Positions 39,307-52,318 of a stretch of 64,000 bases of DNA are shown here, in pieces. This stretch comes from Candidatus Kaelpia aquatica. Its GTDB lineage: Bacteria > Omnitrophota > Gorgyraeia > Kaelpiales > Kaelpiaceae. The first letter of the stretch is position 1, and each line of letters opens with the position of its first letter. Under the pieces are notes generated by a model. It had not been told where the DNA came from, did not search any database, and was given only the letters and a program-made list of their open reading frames with translations. The DNA is taken from the NCBI GenBank assembly GCA_030765335.1, contig JAVCCU010000009.1, positions 5,559 to 69,558 of the forward strand, given 5' to 3'. The translations under genes were made by a program, and so were the position numbers.

Positions 39307-40355
39307 TTAAAAAATACTCGCATTAAATCAAAATAAGTAAGGTATAAAAAGAGAGAAAGCAATAAACCCATTCCTATCTGAGTAAACCTCTCTTGGACAA
39401 TAATGGAGACCGGCTTACGGCGAATCTTCTCCATCAGGATAAAGAGAAGATGACCTCCATCTAAGACTGGGATGGGCAACAGGTTAAATATTGCAAGACT
39501 AACATTTATTAATGCCATCAGGGAAAGTAAGTAACTGATGCCCATATCGGCCATCTTAGAAGATATATGAACGATACCCACTGGACCTGTGACTGAATCT
39601 TTAAGAGATAGCCTGCCAATAACAATATTCAAAATAGCTCTTAGAGTATTAGCAGAGACATTAAAAACAGTTACCGCTGACTCTCTAAGTGACTCATAAG
39701 GCCCGTATTTCTTTATAAATACATCTCTATCGTCTGGTAATATACCTAATAATCCTATTACTTTTTTCTGACCGTTTAAATCTAATATCTCATTATCTTT
39801 AGTTTTAACTGTATAGCTAAATTCATACTGATCACGCTTTACAGTTATCTTTAGGTCCTGATTCGGCCTTGGATGCACTTCTGCTATTAAATCCTCCCAA
39901 TTTTTAACCTCCTCACTATCAACAGATATTATCTTATCACCAATCTTTAAACCCGAACTTTGAGCAGGATAACCCTCTTTAAAATCACCTATAGTAGTGC
40001 CTGCTGTAGGAAGACCGCTGCTATAAAGTATGAAGAAGAGTATAAAGGCTAGAATATAATTACCGAGAGGTCCGCCTAATACGATCAAGCTTCTCCTGCC
40101 AGGAGGTTGAGAAAGAAATTCATTCTTCTCGCCTTTTAGATCCTCTCTAGGGTTTTCACCGGCCATCTTCACATAGCCTCCAAGAGGAATAAGTGAAATC
40201 TTATACTCTGTTCCAGATCTTTTAAAAGAGAAAATCTTAGGCCCAAACCCGATCGAAAAAACCTCAACAGTAACGCCCATTCTCTTAGCAACAATAAAAT
40301 GTGATGCCTCATGCACAAATACAAGAAAACCAAAAGCAATAATAACTAGAATCAT
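39303..40355 (-). CDS. rseP: RIP metalloprotease RseP
   Basis: HEASH, FSIGFGP, PLGGYV, PDZ domain, NLLPIPVLDGG. Confidence 0.96.
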   Translation of the reverse strand: MILVIIAFGFLVFVHEASHFIVAKRMGVTVEVFSIGFGPKIFSFKRSGTEYKISLIPLGGYVKMAGENPREDLKGEKNEFLSQPPGRRSLIVLGGPLGNYILAFILFFILYSSGLPTAGTTIGDFKEGYPAQSSGLKIGDKIISVDSEEVKNWEDLIAEVHPRPNQDLKITVKRDQYEFSYTVKTKDNEILDLNGQKKVIGLLGILPDDRDVFIKKYGPYESLRESAVTVFNVSANTLRAILNIVIGRLSLKDSVTGPVGIVHISSKMADMGISYLLSLMALINVSLAIFNLLPIPVLDGGHLLFILMEKIRRKPVSIIVQERFTQIGMGLLLSLFLYLTYFDLMRVFFK

Positions 40356-41491
40356 ATCTTACCAACCTCCTTTATAATATTAGCGGATATCTCTTCTGCA
40401 TCCCTAAAAACCTCTTCGATATCCCCAAGTGAGCCTAGGTCAAAAACATTATGCCTCTTTACAGCCTCTTCAATAGAAGGAATTATATCCTTGAAGGCTA
40501 TCTTGGAGCTCAAAAACTCATTGACTATGATCTCATCGACCTTAACAATAAAAGCGGGCAAGCTTCCGCCTTGCTTTAACGCATCATAAGCTATTCTTAA
40601 GGCTGGATAACTATCTCTAGCTACCGCTTTAAAGCTCATCTTCTCTAAGCTTCCCCAATCAATTCTCAAGCCTGAATCAAGCCTGTTAGGATGACCCAAA
40701 GCATGCGCTATAGGGATTCTCATATCAGGTACAGCCATCTCAGCAAACGTTGTTCCGTCTTTTAGCTCTACCATGGCATGGATAATTGCTTCTGGATGAA
40801 TTATCACATCTATAACGTCTAAGGAGAGACCGAAGAGATAGCAAGCCTCTATTATCTCAAAGCCTTTATTCATTAAGGTAGCTGAATCTATTGTAATCTT
40901 ATTCCCCATCTCCCAGCGGGGATGTGAGAGAGCCATATCCAAAGATACGTTCTCTAGCTCTTTATCTGAAAAATCCAAAAACGGCCCCCCAGAACAAGTT
41001 AAAAAAACCTTAGATATTTCGCTTTTATCAACCCCCTTAAGAAGCTGATATATCGCATTATGCTCACTATCTAAAGGAATGATTTTAGAGCTGCTCTTTG
41101 CTCTTATACTGCTAATAACAGATCCTGCAGCTATTATCGCTTCTTTATTTGCAATGGCCAAATTAATATCGTTCTCCAGAGCGAACATTAACGGCCTTAT
41201 TGCATCTGTACCGGAAAGAGCCAAAACTAAAAGATCTACCTTTTGATCTGCTGCAAAATTTAAAAAATCATTCTGAGATTTAAAAAACTTAAGAGGAGAT
41301 CTGCCGATATTTTCAGCTCTGTTTAAAAAAACATTATCTACCTGGAACTCTCGTGCCTGCTGAGTAAGAAGCTCTATATTGCTGTCAGCGCCCAAAGCAA
41401 CCACATTAAAAAACCCGCCGCTTTTAGCAACTATACTAAGAGTCTGCTTACCAACACTGCCTGTTGATCCTAAAATAGCAATCTTCTTCAT
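40352..41491 (-). CDS. dxr: 1-deoxy-D-xylulose 5-phosphate reductoisomerase
   Basis: LGSTGSVG, ANKE, PLDSEH, HPRW.MG.KITIDSAT. Confidence 0.97.
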   Translation of the reverse strand: MKKIAILGSTGSVGKQTLSIVAKSGGFFNVVALGADSNIELLTQQAREFQVDNVFLNRAENIGRSPLKFFKSQNDFLNFAADQKVDLLVLALSGTDAIRPLMFALENDINLAIANKEAIIAAGSVISSIRAKSSSKIIPLDSEHNAIYQLLKGVDKSEISKVFLTCSGGPFLDFSDKELENVSLDMALSHPRWEMGNKITIDSATLMNKGFEIIEACYLFGLSLDVIDVIIHPEAIIHAMVELKDGTTFAEMAVPDMRIPIAHALGHPNRLDSGLRIDWGSLEKMSFKAVARDSYPALRIAYDALKQGGSLPAFIVKVDEIIVNEFLSSKIAFKDIIPSIEEAVKRHNVFDLGSLGDIEEVFRDAEEISANIIKEVGKI

Positions 41492-42309
41492 TTAATTATA
41501 AAATTATGCATATAAATATAATAAAACGGTAGAGCTATCAGGATGCTATCTGCTAAATCCAGCACACCGCCTAGGCCTGGAATAGTCTTACCAGAGTCTT
41601 TAACTCCGGCATCGCGCTTAAGAACAGATTCTGATAGGTCACCAAATTGAGCGCATACACCTAGAATAAAACCTATGGCGAGAGCATGATAAAAAGACAT
41701 TATCCCTAAATAAATAGAGGCTCCATAGGAAACCATCATTGCAAAAACAATGCCGCCAATAAAACCCTCTACAGATTTTTTAGGGCTTACCTTGGGAATT
41801 AAAGGATGTCTTCCAAACTTTACGCCAATCAGATAAGCACCTACATCCGTTGCTTTGATTACACAGATATAATATATCACCAGAGCAGTCCCGCTTTGGA
41901 GCATTCTAATCTTTATTAAAAATATTGCTGGTATCGTTATATATATTAACCCCAGCATAGTAAGCCCCAAACATAAAGCCGCATCTTTATTGGTCTTTCT
42001 TATCATCTGATAAAGGAAGAGCAGTATTAATGCAAAGGAAAGCGGATATATAAGATATTCAAGACCTAGGTTCTCTTTTAAGGATATCGCAAAGAGCAAA
42101 TATGAGACTATAAAGCCAATGCCGGGATATATGCTGCCGTATTTCTTTGCAACAATTCTATAAAACTCCCAAAGTGCAACCGTAGCCAGCACTATAATTA
42201 AGGAGGCAAATATGAAAAATTTGGCAAACATTATAACCCAGAATATAAACAGGAGTATTACTATGCTGCTGATAATTCTTTTCACTAAATTACTATCAAA
42301 GAGATCCAT
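41488..42309 (-). CDS. cdsA: Phosphatidate cytidylyltransferase
   Basis: SPKKSVEG, GDLSES..KR..GVKDSG..IPG.GG.LD. Confidence 0.96.
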   Translation of the reverse strand: MDLFDSNLVKRIISSIVILLFIFWVIMFAKFFIFASLIIVLATVALWEFYRIVAKKYGSIYPGIGFIVSYLLFAISLKENLGLEYLIYPLSFALILLFLYQMIRKTNKDAALCLGLTMLGLIYITIPAIFLIKIRMLQSGTALVIYYICVIKATDVGAYLIGVKFGRHPLIPKVSPKKSVEGFIGGIVFAMMVSYGASIYLGIMSFYHALAIGFILGVCAQFGDLSESVLKRDAGVKDSGKTIPGLGGVLDLADSILIALPFYYIYMHNFIIK

Positions 42310-43009
42310 ATTTTCTCCTACGTTTGTTATAACTTTTTATAGCTCTTATTAAATCTGACTTTCTAAAATCAGGCCATAATCTTGTTGTGGTATAGAGCTC
42401 TGCATAGGCTATCTGCCAAAGCAAATAATTGCTAACACGATACTCTCCTGCAGTACGAATCAAGAAATCAGGATCGGGCAAATCAAAAGTATAAAGATAG
42501 CTGCTTAGTAAAGATTCGTTAAGCGCTGCAAGTTTAATCTTGTCAGATTTAAAATCACTGGCAACCCTGATTACTGCACTGACAATCTCTTCTCGAGCAC
42601 CATAGTTGATAGCTAAAGTCAGATTGAGCCTGTTGAAACCCTCTGTATTGTGCATAATCTTCTCTATCTTATGAGGAAGCTCGCCAGGTAGAGCCTTCCA
42701 ATTTCCGATAACACGCATTCTTATATTCTTCTCCTCTGTAAGTCTAGTTAAATCATTGTCTATTTTTTCCTCCAATAGCTTCATTAGCGCATCAACCTCT
42801 TTTTTAGGTCTCTTCCAATTTTCTGTTGAAAAAGTATAGAGAGTCAAATATTCTACCCCTAATTCCAGGCAGTAATCAATTGTTCTTCGAACAGACTTTA
42901 CCCCCCTACTATGTCCATATCTGCGAGGAAGACCCTTCTTAACAGCCCAGCGACCATTTCCATCCATTATAATCGCTATATGTTTTGGAACATCAGTAAT
43001 AGAAGTCAT
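42296..43009 (-). CDS. uppS: Undecaprenyl diphosphate synthase
   Basis: HIAIIMDGNGRWA, FSTENWKR, IRTAGE.R.SN. Confidence 0.97.
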   Translation of the reverse strand: MTSITDVPKHIAIIMDGNGRWAVKKGLPRRYGHSRGVKSVRRTIDYCLELGVEYLTLYTFSTENWKRPKKEVDALMKLLEEKIDNDLTRLTEEKNIRMRVIGNWKALPGELPHKIEKIMHNTEGFNRLNLTLAINYGAREEIVSAVIRVASDFKSDKIKLAALNESLLSSYLYTFDLPDPDFLIRTAGEYRVSNYLLWQIAYAELYTTTRLWPDFRKSDLIRAIKSYNKRRRKYGSL

Positions 43010-43028
43010 GAACGGTTATTAAAAAATC

Positions 43029-43400
43029 TTATCGCTGAACATCTGACACAGTTGGACCCTGAATACCAGCTAGCAACTCTTCTAGTTTGCCCAATTTGCC
43101 TCTAAGCTTATTTATGCTCTCTATGGCTTTATTAAGTTTTATTTCAAGTGAATCTATGTACTCTTCTTTTGATTTGTTAACCTCAAACAATTCATCTTTT
43201 CTGATAACAACGTTATCAAGTTTTTCCTGAAAACTCTGGATCTTATCCTCCAGATAAGTACTATTTGTAACAACTGCATGATAGCTTGATTCTAATTTAT
43301 GGAACTGCCTTGCAATCTCAACCCTCTCTTTCCTCTCCAACAGAGCCCAAGCAAGAACAAGCACTAAAACAAGGATAAGACCGGTATAAACCTTTCTCAT
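43029..43400 (-). CDS. Membrane-anchored coiled-coil hypothetical protein
   Basis: AGGAGG SD; N-terminal TM then heptad-rich helix. Confidence 0.75.
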   Translation of the reverse strand: MRKVYTGLILVLVLVLAWALLERKERVEIARQFHKLESSYHAVVTNSTYLEDKIQSFQEKLDNVVIRKDELFEVNKSKEEYIDSLEIKLNKAIESINKLRGKLGKLEELLAGIQGPTVSDVQR

Positions 43401-43416
43401 TTAAGACCCTCCTGTA

Positions 43417-44136
43417 TTATTTTGCATACTCTTTAATTCTTCTCTGGCGATCCTCTAACGCTTTACCAAGTTCCTCTAAAAATTCGGCCCGAACCTTGGT
43501 AAGCTTTTTGGGGAGCACAACTATCTCAACACGTCTGTTCTTCTGTCGACCCTCTTTGGTTTCACTTGAATCAATAGATTGATACTCACCATAACCAGTA
43601 GCCTGCACGCGATCGGAGTCTAAACCTTTTTTATCAGTAAAGTAATGCAGCACACTCAACGCTCTGGCTGCGGATAACTCCCAGTTGGATTTCCAAGGTG
43701 AATATTTTATAGGAACATTGTCGGTATGACCTTCTATTGAAATCCTTCTATCGGGTACATCTTTTTCAAGGAATACCGCAACCTTATCAAGCATCGCATC
43801 TGCCTCAGGCCGCAATTCAGCCTTACCGGAATCAAAGAATACCTCAGCAACAAACCTTAAGACCAAACCTTTCTCTTCTAAAGACAGTTTTACGTCTCTA
43901 TTGTCTATCTCTTCCCTAAACCTGCTCTCTAAGCTCTCTTTTGCCAACTCTAATTCTCTTATCTCTTGATTTTTTTCAGATTTTAACCTTTCAATCTCAA
44001 TCCTCAGACGCTGTAGCTCTTTTCTCATAACCTGAACCTTTTCAATCTCACCTGGCGGTGTTTTCTTAAAGGTAAGAGCGCACCCTGAAATTAAAAAACT
44101 AACGGCCAATAAAACAACCCAACTCTTTTTAAACAT
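43417..44136 (-). CDS. Lipoprotein with coiled coil and OmpA/MotB-type peptidoglycan-binding domain
   Basis: ISGC lipobox; FDSG, IEGHTD, NWELSAARA, NRRVEI. Confidence 0.9.
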   Translation of the reverse strand: MFKKSWVVLLAVSFLISGCALTFKKTPPGEIEKVQVMRKELQRLRIEIERLKSEKNQEIRELELAKESLESRFREEIDNRDVKLSLEEKGLVLRFVAEVFFDSGKAELRPEADAMLDKVAVFLEKDVPDRRISIEGHTDNVPIKYSPWKSNWELSAARALSVLHYFTDKKGLDSDRVQATGYGEYQSIDSSETKEGRQKNRRVEIVVLPKKLTKVRAEFLEELGKALEDRQRRIKEYAK

Positions 44137-44201
44137 ATGACACCTCCTAAGGTTATCTTAAAATTATTACTTTTAAATATTAACACTACTGTTTTTGGTC
44201 G

Positions 44202-46301
44202 TCAAGGAAGTAAGGTTTTATTAAGAATAAGCGCAGCAAATACAATAGACGCCATAGACATTATTTTAATAAGAATATTTATAGACGGGCCGGCGGTATC
44301 CTTACAAGGGTCACCCACTGTATCGCCAGCTACAACTGCCTTATGGGCGTCAGAACCCTTGCCTCCAAGGTTGCCCTCTTCAATATATTTCTTTGCATTG
44401 TCCCAGCTAGCTCCAGAATTAGACAGCATAATAGCAAGAACAAAGCCGGATACAAGCGACGCGATAAGCAGCCCTATGTTGGCCTCGACTCCAAATAGTA
44501 TTCCTACCAAAACAGGAGAGAGCAATGCTATGGCAGCTGGCAAGATCATCTGCTTCTGTGACGCTAGAGTCACAATCTCAACGCAACGCGCATAATCAGG
44601 CTTGGCTTCACCTTCCATCAAACCTTTTATCTCCCTAAACTGCCTTCTAACTTCAATAACTACTTTTGAAGCAGCACTGCCAACAGCCCTCATCATCAAA
44701 GACGAGAACAGAAAAGGAAGCATGCCTCCTATAAATAGGCCTACTATAATTTTGGGGTTTAGCAGTGAAAGATTTAGCTCTGCACCCAAAAACTCAAGTT
44801 TATCCTTATAAGTCACAATAAGAGCCAGTGCGGTTAAGGCAGCGGATCCTATCGCAAAACCCTTACCTGTTGCAGCAGTAGTATTACCTAAAGAGTCTAA
44901 CACATCTGTTCTCTCTCTAACTTCCGGAGGAAGTCCAGCCATCTGAGCATTACCGCCAGCATTATCAGCAACAGGCCCATAAGCATCTGTTGCTAGAGTA
45001 ATCCCCAGAGTGCTCAACATACCTACTGCAGATATTCCTATACCATATAGTCCAAGATTGAAGTTAGAAAAACCACCTGAAAAATAAAAACTCAAAAGTA
45101 TAGCTACGGCAACAGTAATTATCGGAATAAGAGTGGAGACCATTCCAACAGAGAGTCCCGAAATTATAACAGTTGCTGGCCCAGTCAAAGCTGATTTAGC
45201 TACTGAACGTGTTGGAGAATACCTATGTGAGGTATAAAATTCGGTCGAAAGCCCTATCAAAATACCAGCCAAAAGCCCTGTGATCACCGAATAATAGATA
45301 CCTAAATACTCAAGCCCTAAAACTCGGGTAATTAAAAAATACCCCATAATTGCAATTAAAATGGCTGAAAGAAAAGTGCTTTTTCTTAAAGCCCAAAGCA
45401 ATGCAGACTGAGTAGAATTCTCCTTGCTTCTTACGGTGACTATTCCTACTATTGAGGCAATAACGCCCAAAGCAGCTATAGTCATCGGTATTGTAACCCC
45501 AGCTACACCCAGTCCAGCTGTAACAGCAAGAGCCATCGTAGCTACAATTGATCCCACATAAGACTCATATAGATCTGCCCCCATACCAGCAACGTCACCA
45601 ACATTGTCACCTACATTATCTGCTATAACCGCTGGATTTCTAGGGTCATCCTCCGGAATCCCTACTTCTACCTTACCTACTAAATCCGCGCCCACATCTG
45701 CTGCCTTAGTATATATCCCCCCGCCAACTCTTGCAAATAACGCATAACAAGATGCACCCATTGCAGAACATAAGAGAGTAGAAGTAATTATCGAAAGCCT
45801 CTGTGCAGAATCTATAATAGCTGAAGAAGAAGAATAGAACCAGCTGAGTATAGAATACCAGGCAACCAAATAAAACAACCCTAAACCAACAACTGTAAGC
45901 CCCATTACAGAGCCCGATAAAAATGCTACTTTTAGTGCCGAATTTAAACTAGAGCGAGCTGCATTTGCCGTGCGAGCGCTAGAGTTTGTCGCTACTTTCA
46001 TACCTATAAAGCCGGCCAAACCTGAAAAGAAACCTCCGCTTACAAATGCATAAGGCACAAAAATTCCTATATAACCTTGCTTGACCATCAGCATTAAAAA
46101 AGCAAAGGCCAAGAGAAAAAATATTGCTACCGTAGTATATTGCCTCTTTAAATAGGCTCTGGCTCCCTCTCGAACCGCACTAGCAATTTCAATCATCTTT
46201 TCGGTTCCTTCATCTTTTCTTAAAATCCAGATTACAATAGCTCCAGAGAAGAGAAGCGCTAAAATAGAACCGAGCGGAGCTAGCCAAAACAACTCTTTCA
46301 T
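44202..46301 (-). CDS. hppA: Membrane pyrophosphatase, K+-dependent (probably Na+-translocating)
   Basis: DVGADLVGKVE, DNVGDNVGD, GNTTAATGKG (Ala at the K+-dependence position). Confidence 0.97.
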   Translation of the reverse strand: MKELFWLAPLGSILALLFSGAIVIWILRKDEGTEKMIEIASAVREGARAYLKRQYTTVAIFFLLAFAFLMLMVKQGYIGIFVPYAFVSGGFFSGLAGFIGMKVATNSSARTANAARSSLNSALKVAFLSGSVMGLTVVGLGLFYLVAWYSILSWFYSSSSAIIDSAQRLSIITSTLLCSAMGASCYALFARVGGGIYTKAADVGADLVGKVEVGIPEDDPRNPAVIADNVGDNVGDVAGMGADLYESYVGSIVATMALAVTAGLGVAGVTIPMTIAALGVIASIVGIVTVRSKENSTQSALLWALRKSTFLSAILIAIMGYFLITRVLGLEYLGIYYSVITGLLAGILIGLSTEFYTSHRYSPTRSVAKSALTGPATVIISGLSVGMVSTLIPIITVAVAILLSFYFSGGFSNFNLGLYGIGISAVGMLSTLGITLATDAYGPVADNAGGNAQMAGLPPEVRERTDVLDSLGNTTAATGKGFAIGSAALTALALIVTYKDKLEFLGAELNLSLLNPKIIVGLFIGGMLPFLFSSLMMRAVGSAASKVVIEVRRQFREIKGLMEGEAKPDYARCVEIVTLASQKQMILPAAIALLSPVLVGILFGVEANIGLLIASLVSGFVLAIMLSNSGASWDNAKKYIEEGNLGGKGSDAHKAVVAGDTVGDPCKDTAGPSINILIKIMSMASIVFAALILNKTLLP

Positions 46302-46340
46302 AATTCCCCCTTAATATTTGAAATAATAATAATTTTACCC

Positions 46341-47645
<1,305 letters not shown>

Positions 47646-47666
47646 TTAAAGCTGGTAAAATAGGAC

Positions 47667-49259
47667 CTAGAGTTTAATCCCTTTTACGGCACGTATATAT
47701 TTAAAATCGAGCAGCTCTTTTACAACAGCAGCATCAACAGCTATATCAAGATTCAAAACCATTAAAGCATTACCGCCAAGCTCCTCTCTACCAAACGTCA
47801 TTCCGGATATATTAACATTATTATTACCAAAGATATTACCTATATGACCTATGACACCAGGCTTATCTTCGTTATATATAACAAGTATATTTCCTACTGG
47901 AGGCGCCTCAAGGTAATAACCATCAATATTAACTATTTTGGGATTATTATCACTAAACAGCGTCCCGGCAACCTCTTTTATCTCTTTATTGGTCTGGACA
48001 ATAACCTGAATTAAATTACTGAAATTATGAACTTTTGAAGATTTAACCTCTTCAATGCTGATCTGCCTCTCTTTTGCAATTATAAGAGCATTCACATAAT
48101 TTACGGATTCAGCAAGCATTGGAGAAAAGAAACCTTTAAGTATTGCCGAAGAAAGAGAAGTAATATCATATTCCAAAATATCTCCGCTATATTTTATCTC
48201 AATCTTCTTAACGTTACCCTCTATGAGCTGACCAAGCAATGAGCCTAATTTTTCAGAAAGATTAAAATAAGGCTTTAAAATCTCAGCCGTCTCAGGCTCA
48301 ATAAAAGGCATGTTTACAGCATTTCTGACAACATTGTTTATCAATACATCCCGAACCTGCTCTGCAACCTCAACAGCCACATTGAGCTGCGCCTCTTCAG
48401 TAGATGCCCCTAAATGAGGAGTGAGAACGACGTTGTCTAACTCAAAAAGCGGACTGCTTTCGGGAGGTTCATTCTCGTAAACATCCAAAGCAGCACCTGC
48501 AATATTTTTCTCTGAAAGAGCTTTACATAGAGCCTCTTCATCCACGATACCGCCGCGAGAACAGTTGATAATATATGCTGTATTTTTTACCATCTTCAGC
48601 TCTTTATCAGAAAGCATATGATAAGTATTATCAGATAAAGGAATATGAAACGTAATATAGTCCGATCTTTTCAGAAGCTCATCGTACTTAACTAACTCAA
48701 CCTCAATCTTAGAGGCTATATCTTCAGAGATATAAGGATCAAATGTAAGAACTTTCATTCCAAACCCAATAGCTCGTTTGGCCACCTCTCTCCCTATTCT
48801 CCCTAAACCCACAACACCTATAATCTTACCGTGCAGCTCTTTACCCATAAACTTTTTACGTTCCCATTTATTCTCTCTCATCGATAAGCTGGCTTGAGAA
48901 ATATTTCGAGCCAAAGCTAAGATAAGAGCCATGGTATGCTCTGCAGTCGATATGGTATTACCTAAAGGGGTATTCATCACAATGATTCCCTTTTTAGTCG
49001 CAGCATCAACGTCTACATTATCCAATCCAACTCCAGCGCGACCTATAACTTTAAGACTGTCTGCAGCCTCTATAATAGAAGATTTAATCTTTGTTCCGCT
49101 GCGGATTACAATACCATCATAACCTTTAATCTCTCTTATAAGTTCATCTTCGCTTAAACCTGTTTTCTTTATAACTTCAATACCTGATTCAGTTAAAATA
49201 TCAATACCATCCTGAGCTATATTATCACTAACTAAAACCTTAACCACCTTAGGCCTCAT
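47667..49259 (-). CDS. serA: D-3-phosphoglycerate dehydrogenase (type I with ASB and ACT domains)
   Basis: [33 protein letters not shown]. Confidence 0.97.
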   Translation of the reverse strand: MRPKVVKVLVSDNIAQDGIDILTESGIEVIKKTGLSEDELIREIKGYDGIVIRSGTKIKSSIIEAADSLKVIGRAGVGLDNVDVDAATKKGIIVMNTPLGNTISTAEHTMALILALARNISQASLSMRENKWERKKFMGKELHGKIIGVVGLGRIGREVAKRAIGFGMKVLTFDPYISEDIASKIEVELVKYDELLKRSDYITFHIPLSDNTYHMLSDKELKMVKNTAYIINCSRGGIVDEEALCKALSEKNIAGAALDVYENEPPESSPLFELDNVVLTPHLGASTEEAQLNVAVEVAEQVRDVLINNVVRNAVNMPFIEPETAEILKPYFNLSEKLGSLLGQLIEGNVKKIEIKYSGDILEYDITSLSSAILKGFFSPMLAESVNYVNALIIAKERQISIEEVKSSKVHNFSNLIQVIVQTNKEIKEVAGTLFSDNNPKIVNIDGYYLEAPPVGNILVIYNEDKPGVIGHIGNIFGNNNVNISGMTFGREELGGNALMVLNLDIAVDAAVVKELLDFKYIRAVKGIKL

Positions 49260-50409
49260 CCTTGCAGCTTTTAAGAAACTCTTCTTCTAGTTTTAAAATT
49301 CCTGCACCAAGCTTAAACTTGTATCCAAAATGATGCAGCCCAAATTCAATAGCTGCAATACCTGATAGAACATCAAAAAGATTTATATAACCCAGGTGTG
49401 CAACCCTGATTATCTTACCCTTTAACTCTGCCTGACCGCCGGCTATACTTATGCCGAACTCTGCACGGATAAACTTGACCATCTCCTCAGAGTCTAAGCT
49501 CTCTGGAATTAAAACACTAGTGAGAGTACTGGAGGGACGCTGAGCAAAGACTTTAAGCCCTAAAGACGCAACTGCCTCACGTGTCATAGCAGCAAGATTA
49601 GCATGCCTCTTCCAGACATTCTCAATACCCTCATCAAGTATCATCTTAAGGGCTGTCCGTAAAGCTACGATCATATTCACAGCAGGAGTCCAAGGAGTAT
49701 CAAACTTAGATGCTGACTTACCAGCTTTGATTAAGTCAAAATAATATTTAGGAGAGCTGGAACTCTCTATTAAAGATTGTGCGTCTTTAGATAAACTTAT
49801 AAAGGCAAGTCCAGGAGGAAGCATCAGACCTTTCTGGGATCCACTAACCACAATATCTAAACCCCAATCATCCATTCTCAGCTCATCAGCCCCTAAACCA
49901 CTTATAGCATCAACTACAATTAAAGCATTGAACTCTTTGGCTAAGCTAGCCATGCTCCTAATATCATAGTTTACACCTGTAGAGGTTTCACATAGTGTAG
50001 TCAAAATAACTTTACGGCTATCGCCTACTTTTAATTTCTCTCTTAGATCATCTAGGTTTAAGGTAACTCCCCATTCTAAATCTAAAACATCATACTCTGC
50101 GCCATAGGCCTTAGTTATCTCGGCCCATCTTTCACCAAACTTTCCTCCTACAACAGGTATAAACCTAACGCCGTCCTGCATTAGATTGGCTACTGCAGCC
50201 TCCATAACGCCGGTGCCCGAAGAAGAGACAATTAAAACCTGATTTTTGGTTTGAAATATAGTCTTTAAGTCCTCCGAAACCTCTTTAAGTATGGAACGAA
50301 ATTCATCTGTTCTATGATGAATCGTAGACTCCGCCTGCGAAAGCAAAACTTCCTCGGGAACAGGAGTTGGTCCTGGAGTTAGAAGACTTTTTTTGTAAGG
50401 CCTAATCAT
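49249..50409 (-). CDS. Class V aminotransferase (alanine-glyoxylate family), probably the phosphoserine aminotransferase
   Basis: TPGPT, ETSTG, VDAIS, GSQKGLMLPPG; coupled to serA. Confidence 0.9.
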   Translation of the reverse strand: MIRPYKKSLLTPGPTPVPEEVLLSQAESTIHHRTDEFRSILKEVSEDLKTIFQTKNQVLIVSSSGTGVMEAAVANLMQDGVRFIPVVGGKFGERWAEITKAYGAEYDVLDLEWGVTLNLDDLREKLKVGDSRKVILTTLCETSTGVNYDIRSMASLAKEFNALIVVDAISGLGADELRMDDWGLDIVVSGSQKGLMLPPGLAFISLSKDAQSLIESSSSPKYYFDLIKAGKSASKFDTPWTPAVNMIVALRTALKMILDEGIENVWKRHANLAAMTREAVASLGLKVFAQRPSSTLTSVLIPESLDSEEMVKFIRAEFGISIAGGQAELKGKIIRVAHLGYINLFDVLSGIAAIEFGLHHFGYKFKLGAGILKLEEEFLKSCKDEA

Positions 50410-50423
50410 CTCAAGACCTCTTC

Positions 50424-51032
50424 TTAGGATTTCTTCTTTTTAGTATAGATAACATTATCTATTATGCCGTAATCCTTTGCTTCTTCTGCGCTCATAAAAT
50501 AATCTCTATCAGTATCTTTCTTAACTTTATCTATTGATTGAGAAGTATGGAGCGAAATTAACTTATTTATCTCATCTCTTAAGCGAAGTATCTCTTGAGC
50601 CTGAATATGAATATCTTCCGCAGCTCCCTGGACACCGCCCCAAGGCTGATGAATCATTATCCTGGAATGCGGCAAAGAGAACCTCTTTCCCTTAGCACCT
50701 GCCATAAGCAATAATGCCCCCATGCTGGCCGCCTGCCCTACGCAGTAAGTAGAGATATCGGGCTTTACAAATTGCATTGTATCATAGATTGCCAGTCCGC
50801 TCGTAACAGAGCCTCCAGGCGAGTTAATATAAACACTTATATCTTTATCTGCATCCTCAGACTGTAAAAAAAGAACCTGAGCAATGATAAGATTAGCTAC
50901 ATTATCATCGATAGGAGTACCTATAAAAATTATCCTATCTTTTAACAGTCGAGAGTAAATGTCAAATGCACGCTCACCTCTTCCAGTCTTCTCAACTACC
51001 ATGGGAACAAGGGTCTGAAACTTAGCAGGCAT
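50424..51032 (-). CDS. clpP: ATP-dependent Clp protease proteolytic subunit
   Basis: DIYSRLL, YINSPGG, QAASMG, MIHQP, DRD. Confidence 0.98.
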   Translation of the reverse strand: MPAKFQTLVPMVVEKTGRGERAFDIYSRLLKDRIIFIGTPIDDNVANLIIAQVLFLQSEDADKDISVYINSPGGSVTSGLAIYDTMQFVKPDISTYCVGQAASMGALLLMAGAKGKRFSLPHSRIMIHQPWGGVQGAAEDIHIQAQEILRLRDEINKLISLHTSQSIDKVKKDTDRDYFMSAEEAKDYGIIDNVIYTKKKKS

Positions 51033-52318
51033 TATTCACCTCCATTTTTAATATTAACTATCTCAGCATGCTGCTTTAAGAATTCTATAACTTTTTTCCT
51101 TAATAAGCTAGCTTTTATATTCTCCAACCCATCGTCTTTTTTAAGATTGGATTCCAATTCCTCCAGAGTACTATTTTGACGCTTAGCTAGGGCCTCTAAA
51201 TGCTCCCTTAACTCTTGATCTGAGATCACTATGCCTTCTTTCTGAGCAATCTCCTTTAAAATAAAATAGACCTTCAGCTCTCTCTGAGCCTCCCTCTGAG
51301 CTTCTTTCAATATCATCTCTTTCTGGGTCTCTATATCTTTCTTAGGAAACCCTCTATAGAGCAATCTCATTGCTATATCTTCAGCCGAAACATCCACCTG
51401 ACGGCTTAGAAGCTGAGGCGGCAACTCCATTTTGGAATTTTCGATAAGCTCAGATATAAGATTTTCCTCTAAGTCGACTTCAGCCTCTCTAGTGCGATGG
51501 TTTTGCAGCTCCTCTCTTATAACCTTCTTTAAATCATCGATATTACTATGATTACCGAACTCTTTTGCAAAATCATCATTAAGCTCTGGTTCTTTTTTCT
51601 CCTTAACCCCTTTTACATTGATCTTAAAATCGCACTCCTTTCCAGCAATCTTTTTATCTCTATAATCATCAGGCACATTGAGCTTAAACTCTTTGATCTC
51701 GCCAGAACTTAACCCTTTAAGATTATCCAGAAGCTCAGGAAAGAGATTCTCTTCATTAAGGTATAACGAAAGGGCCTCTTTTTTATCTAAATCACTATCT
51801 TTTGGCTTCATCTCTACGTCTGCTACGACAACATCTTCGAGAGCAGACGGCCTTTGAACATCCAGCCACTGAGTCTTCTCTCTCTTAATATCATCTAAAA
51901 CCTTATTAATATCTTTGTCCTCTACGCTTGTATCTTTTTTATTCAATTTTATATTCTTATATTTCGACAACTTAACTTTTGGAGCCTCTTCTATCTTCAG
52001 CGTAAACTTATACTCACCCTTCTTTCCCTGTTCAACGCTAAGCAATGCTGGGGCCGATATTGGATTCACCCCTGAAGCCTCCATAGCCTTTCTATAAAAA
52101 AGAGAGACTACGCTCTCTTCGATATCTTTTTCAATCTCAACGCTATGCTTGGCCAGCACCATCTCTAGCGGAGCCTTACCTTTTCTATAACCAGGAATTG
52201 CAACTTTATTTTGCCAGTCAGATTCTACTCTCTTTCTTAAAGCCCCAACTTCTTTAGGATCCAAGTAGACCTCTAAATCGCTCTCAACCGTAGTAATTCT
52301 TTTAATCTTTATCTTCAT
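51032..52318 (-). CDS. tig: Trigger factor
   Basis: [10 protein letters not shown] motif; upstream of clpP. Confidence 0.95.
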   Translation of the reverse strand: MKIKIKRITTVESDLEVYLDPKEVGALRKRVESDWQNKVAIPGYRKGKAPLEMVLAKHSVEIEKDIEESVVSLFYRKAMEASGVNPISAPALLSVEQGKKGEYKFTLKIEEAPKVKLSKYKNIKLNKKDTSVEDKDINKVLDDIKREKTQWLDVQRPSALEDVVVADVEMKPKDSDLDKKEALSLYLNEENLFPELLDNLKGLSSGEIKEFKLNVPDDYRDKKIAGKECDFKINVKGVKEKKEPELNDDFAKEFGNHSNIDDLKKVIREELQNHRTREAEVDLEENLISELIENSKMELPPQLLSRQVDVSAEDIAMRLLYRGFPKKDIETQKEMILKEAQREAQRELKVYFILKEIAQKEGIVISDQELREHLEALAKRQNSTLEELESNLKKDDGLENIKASLLRKKVIEFLKQHAEIVNIKNGGE

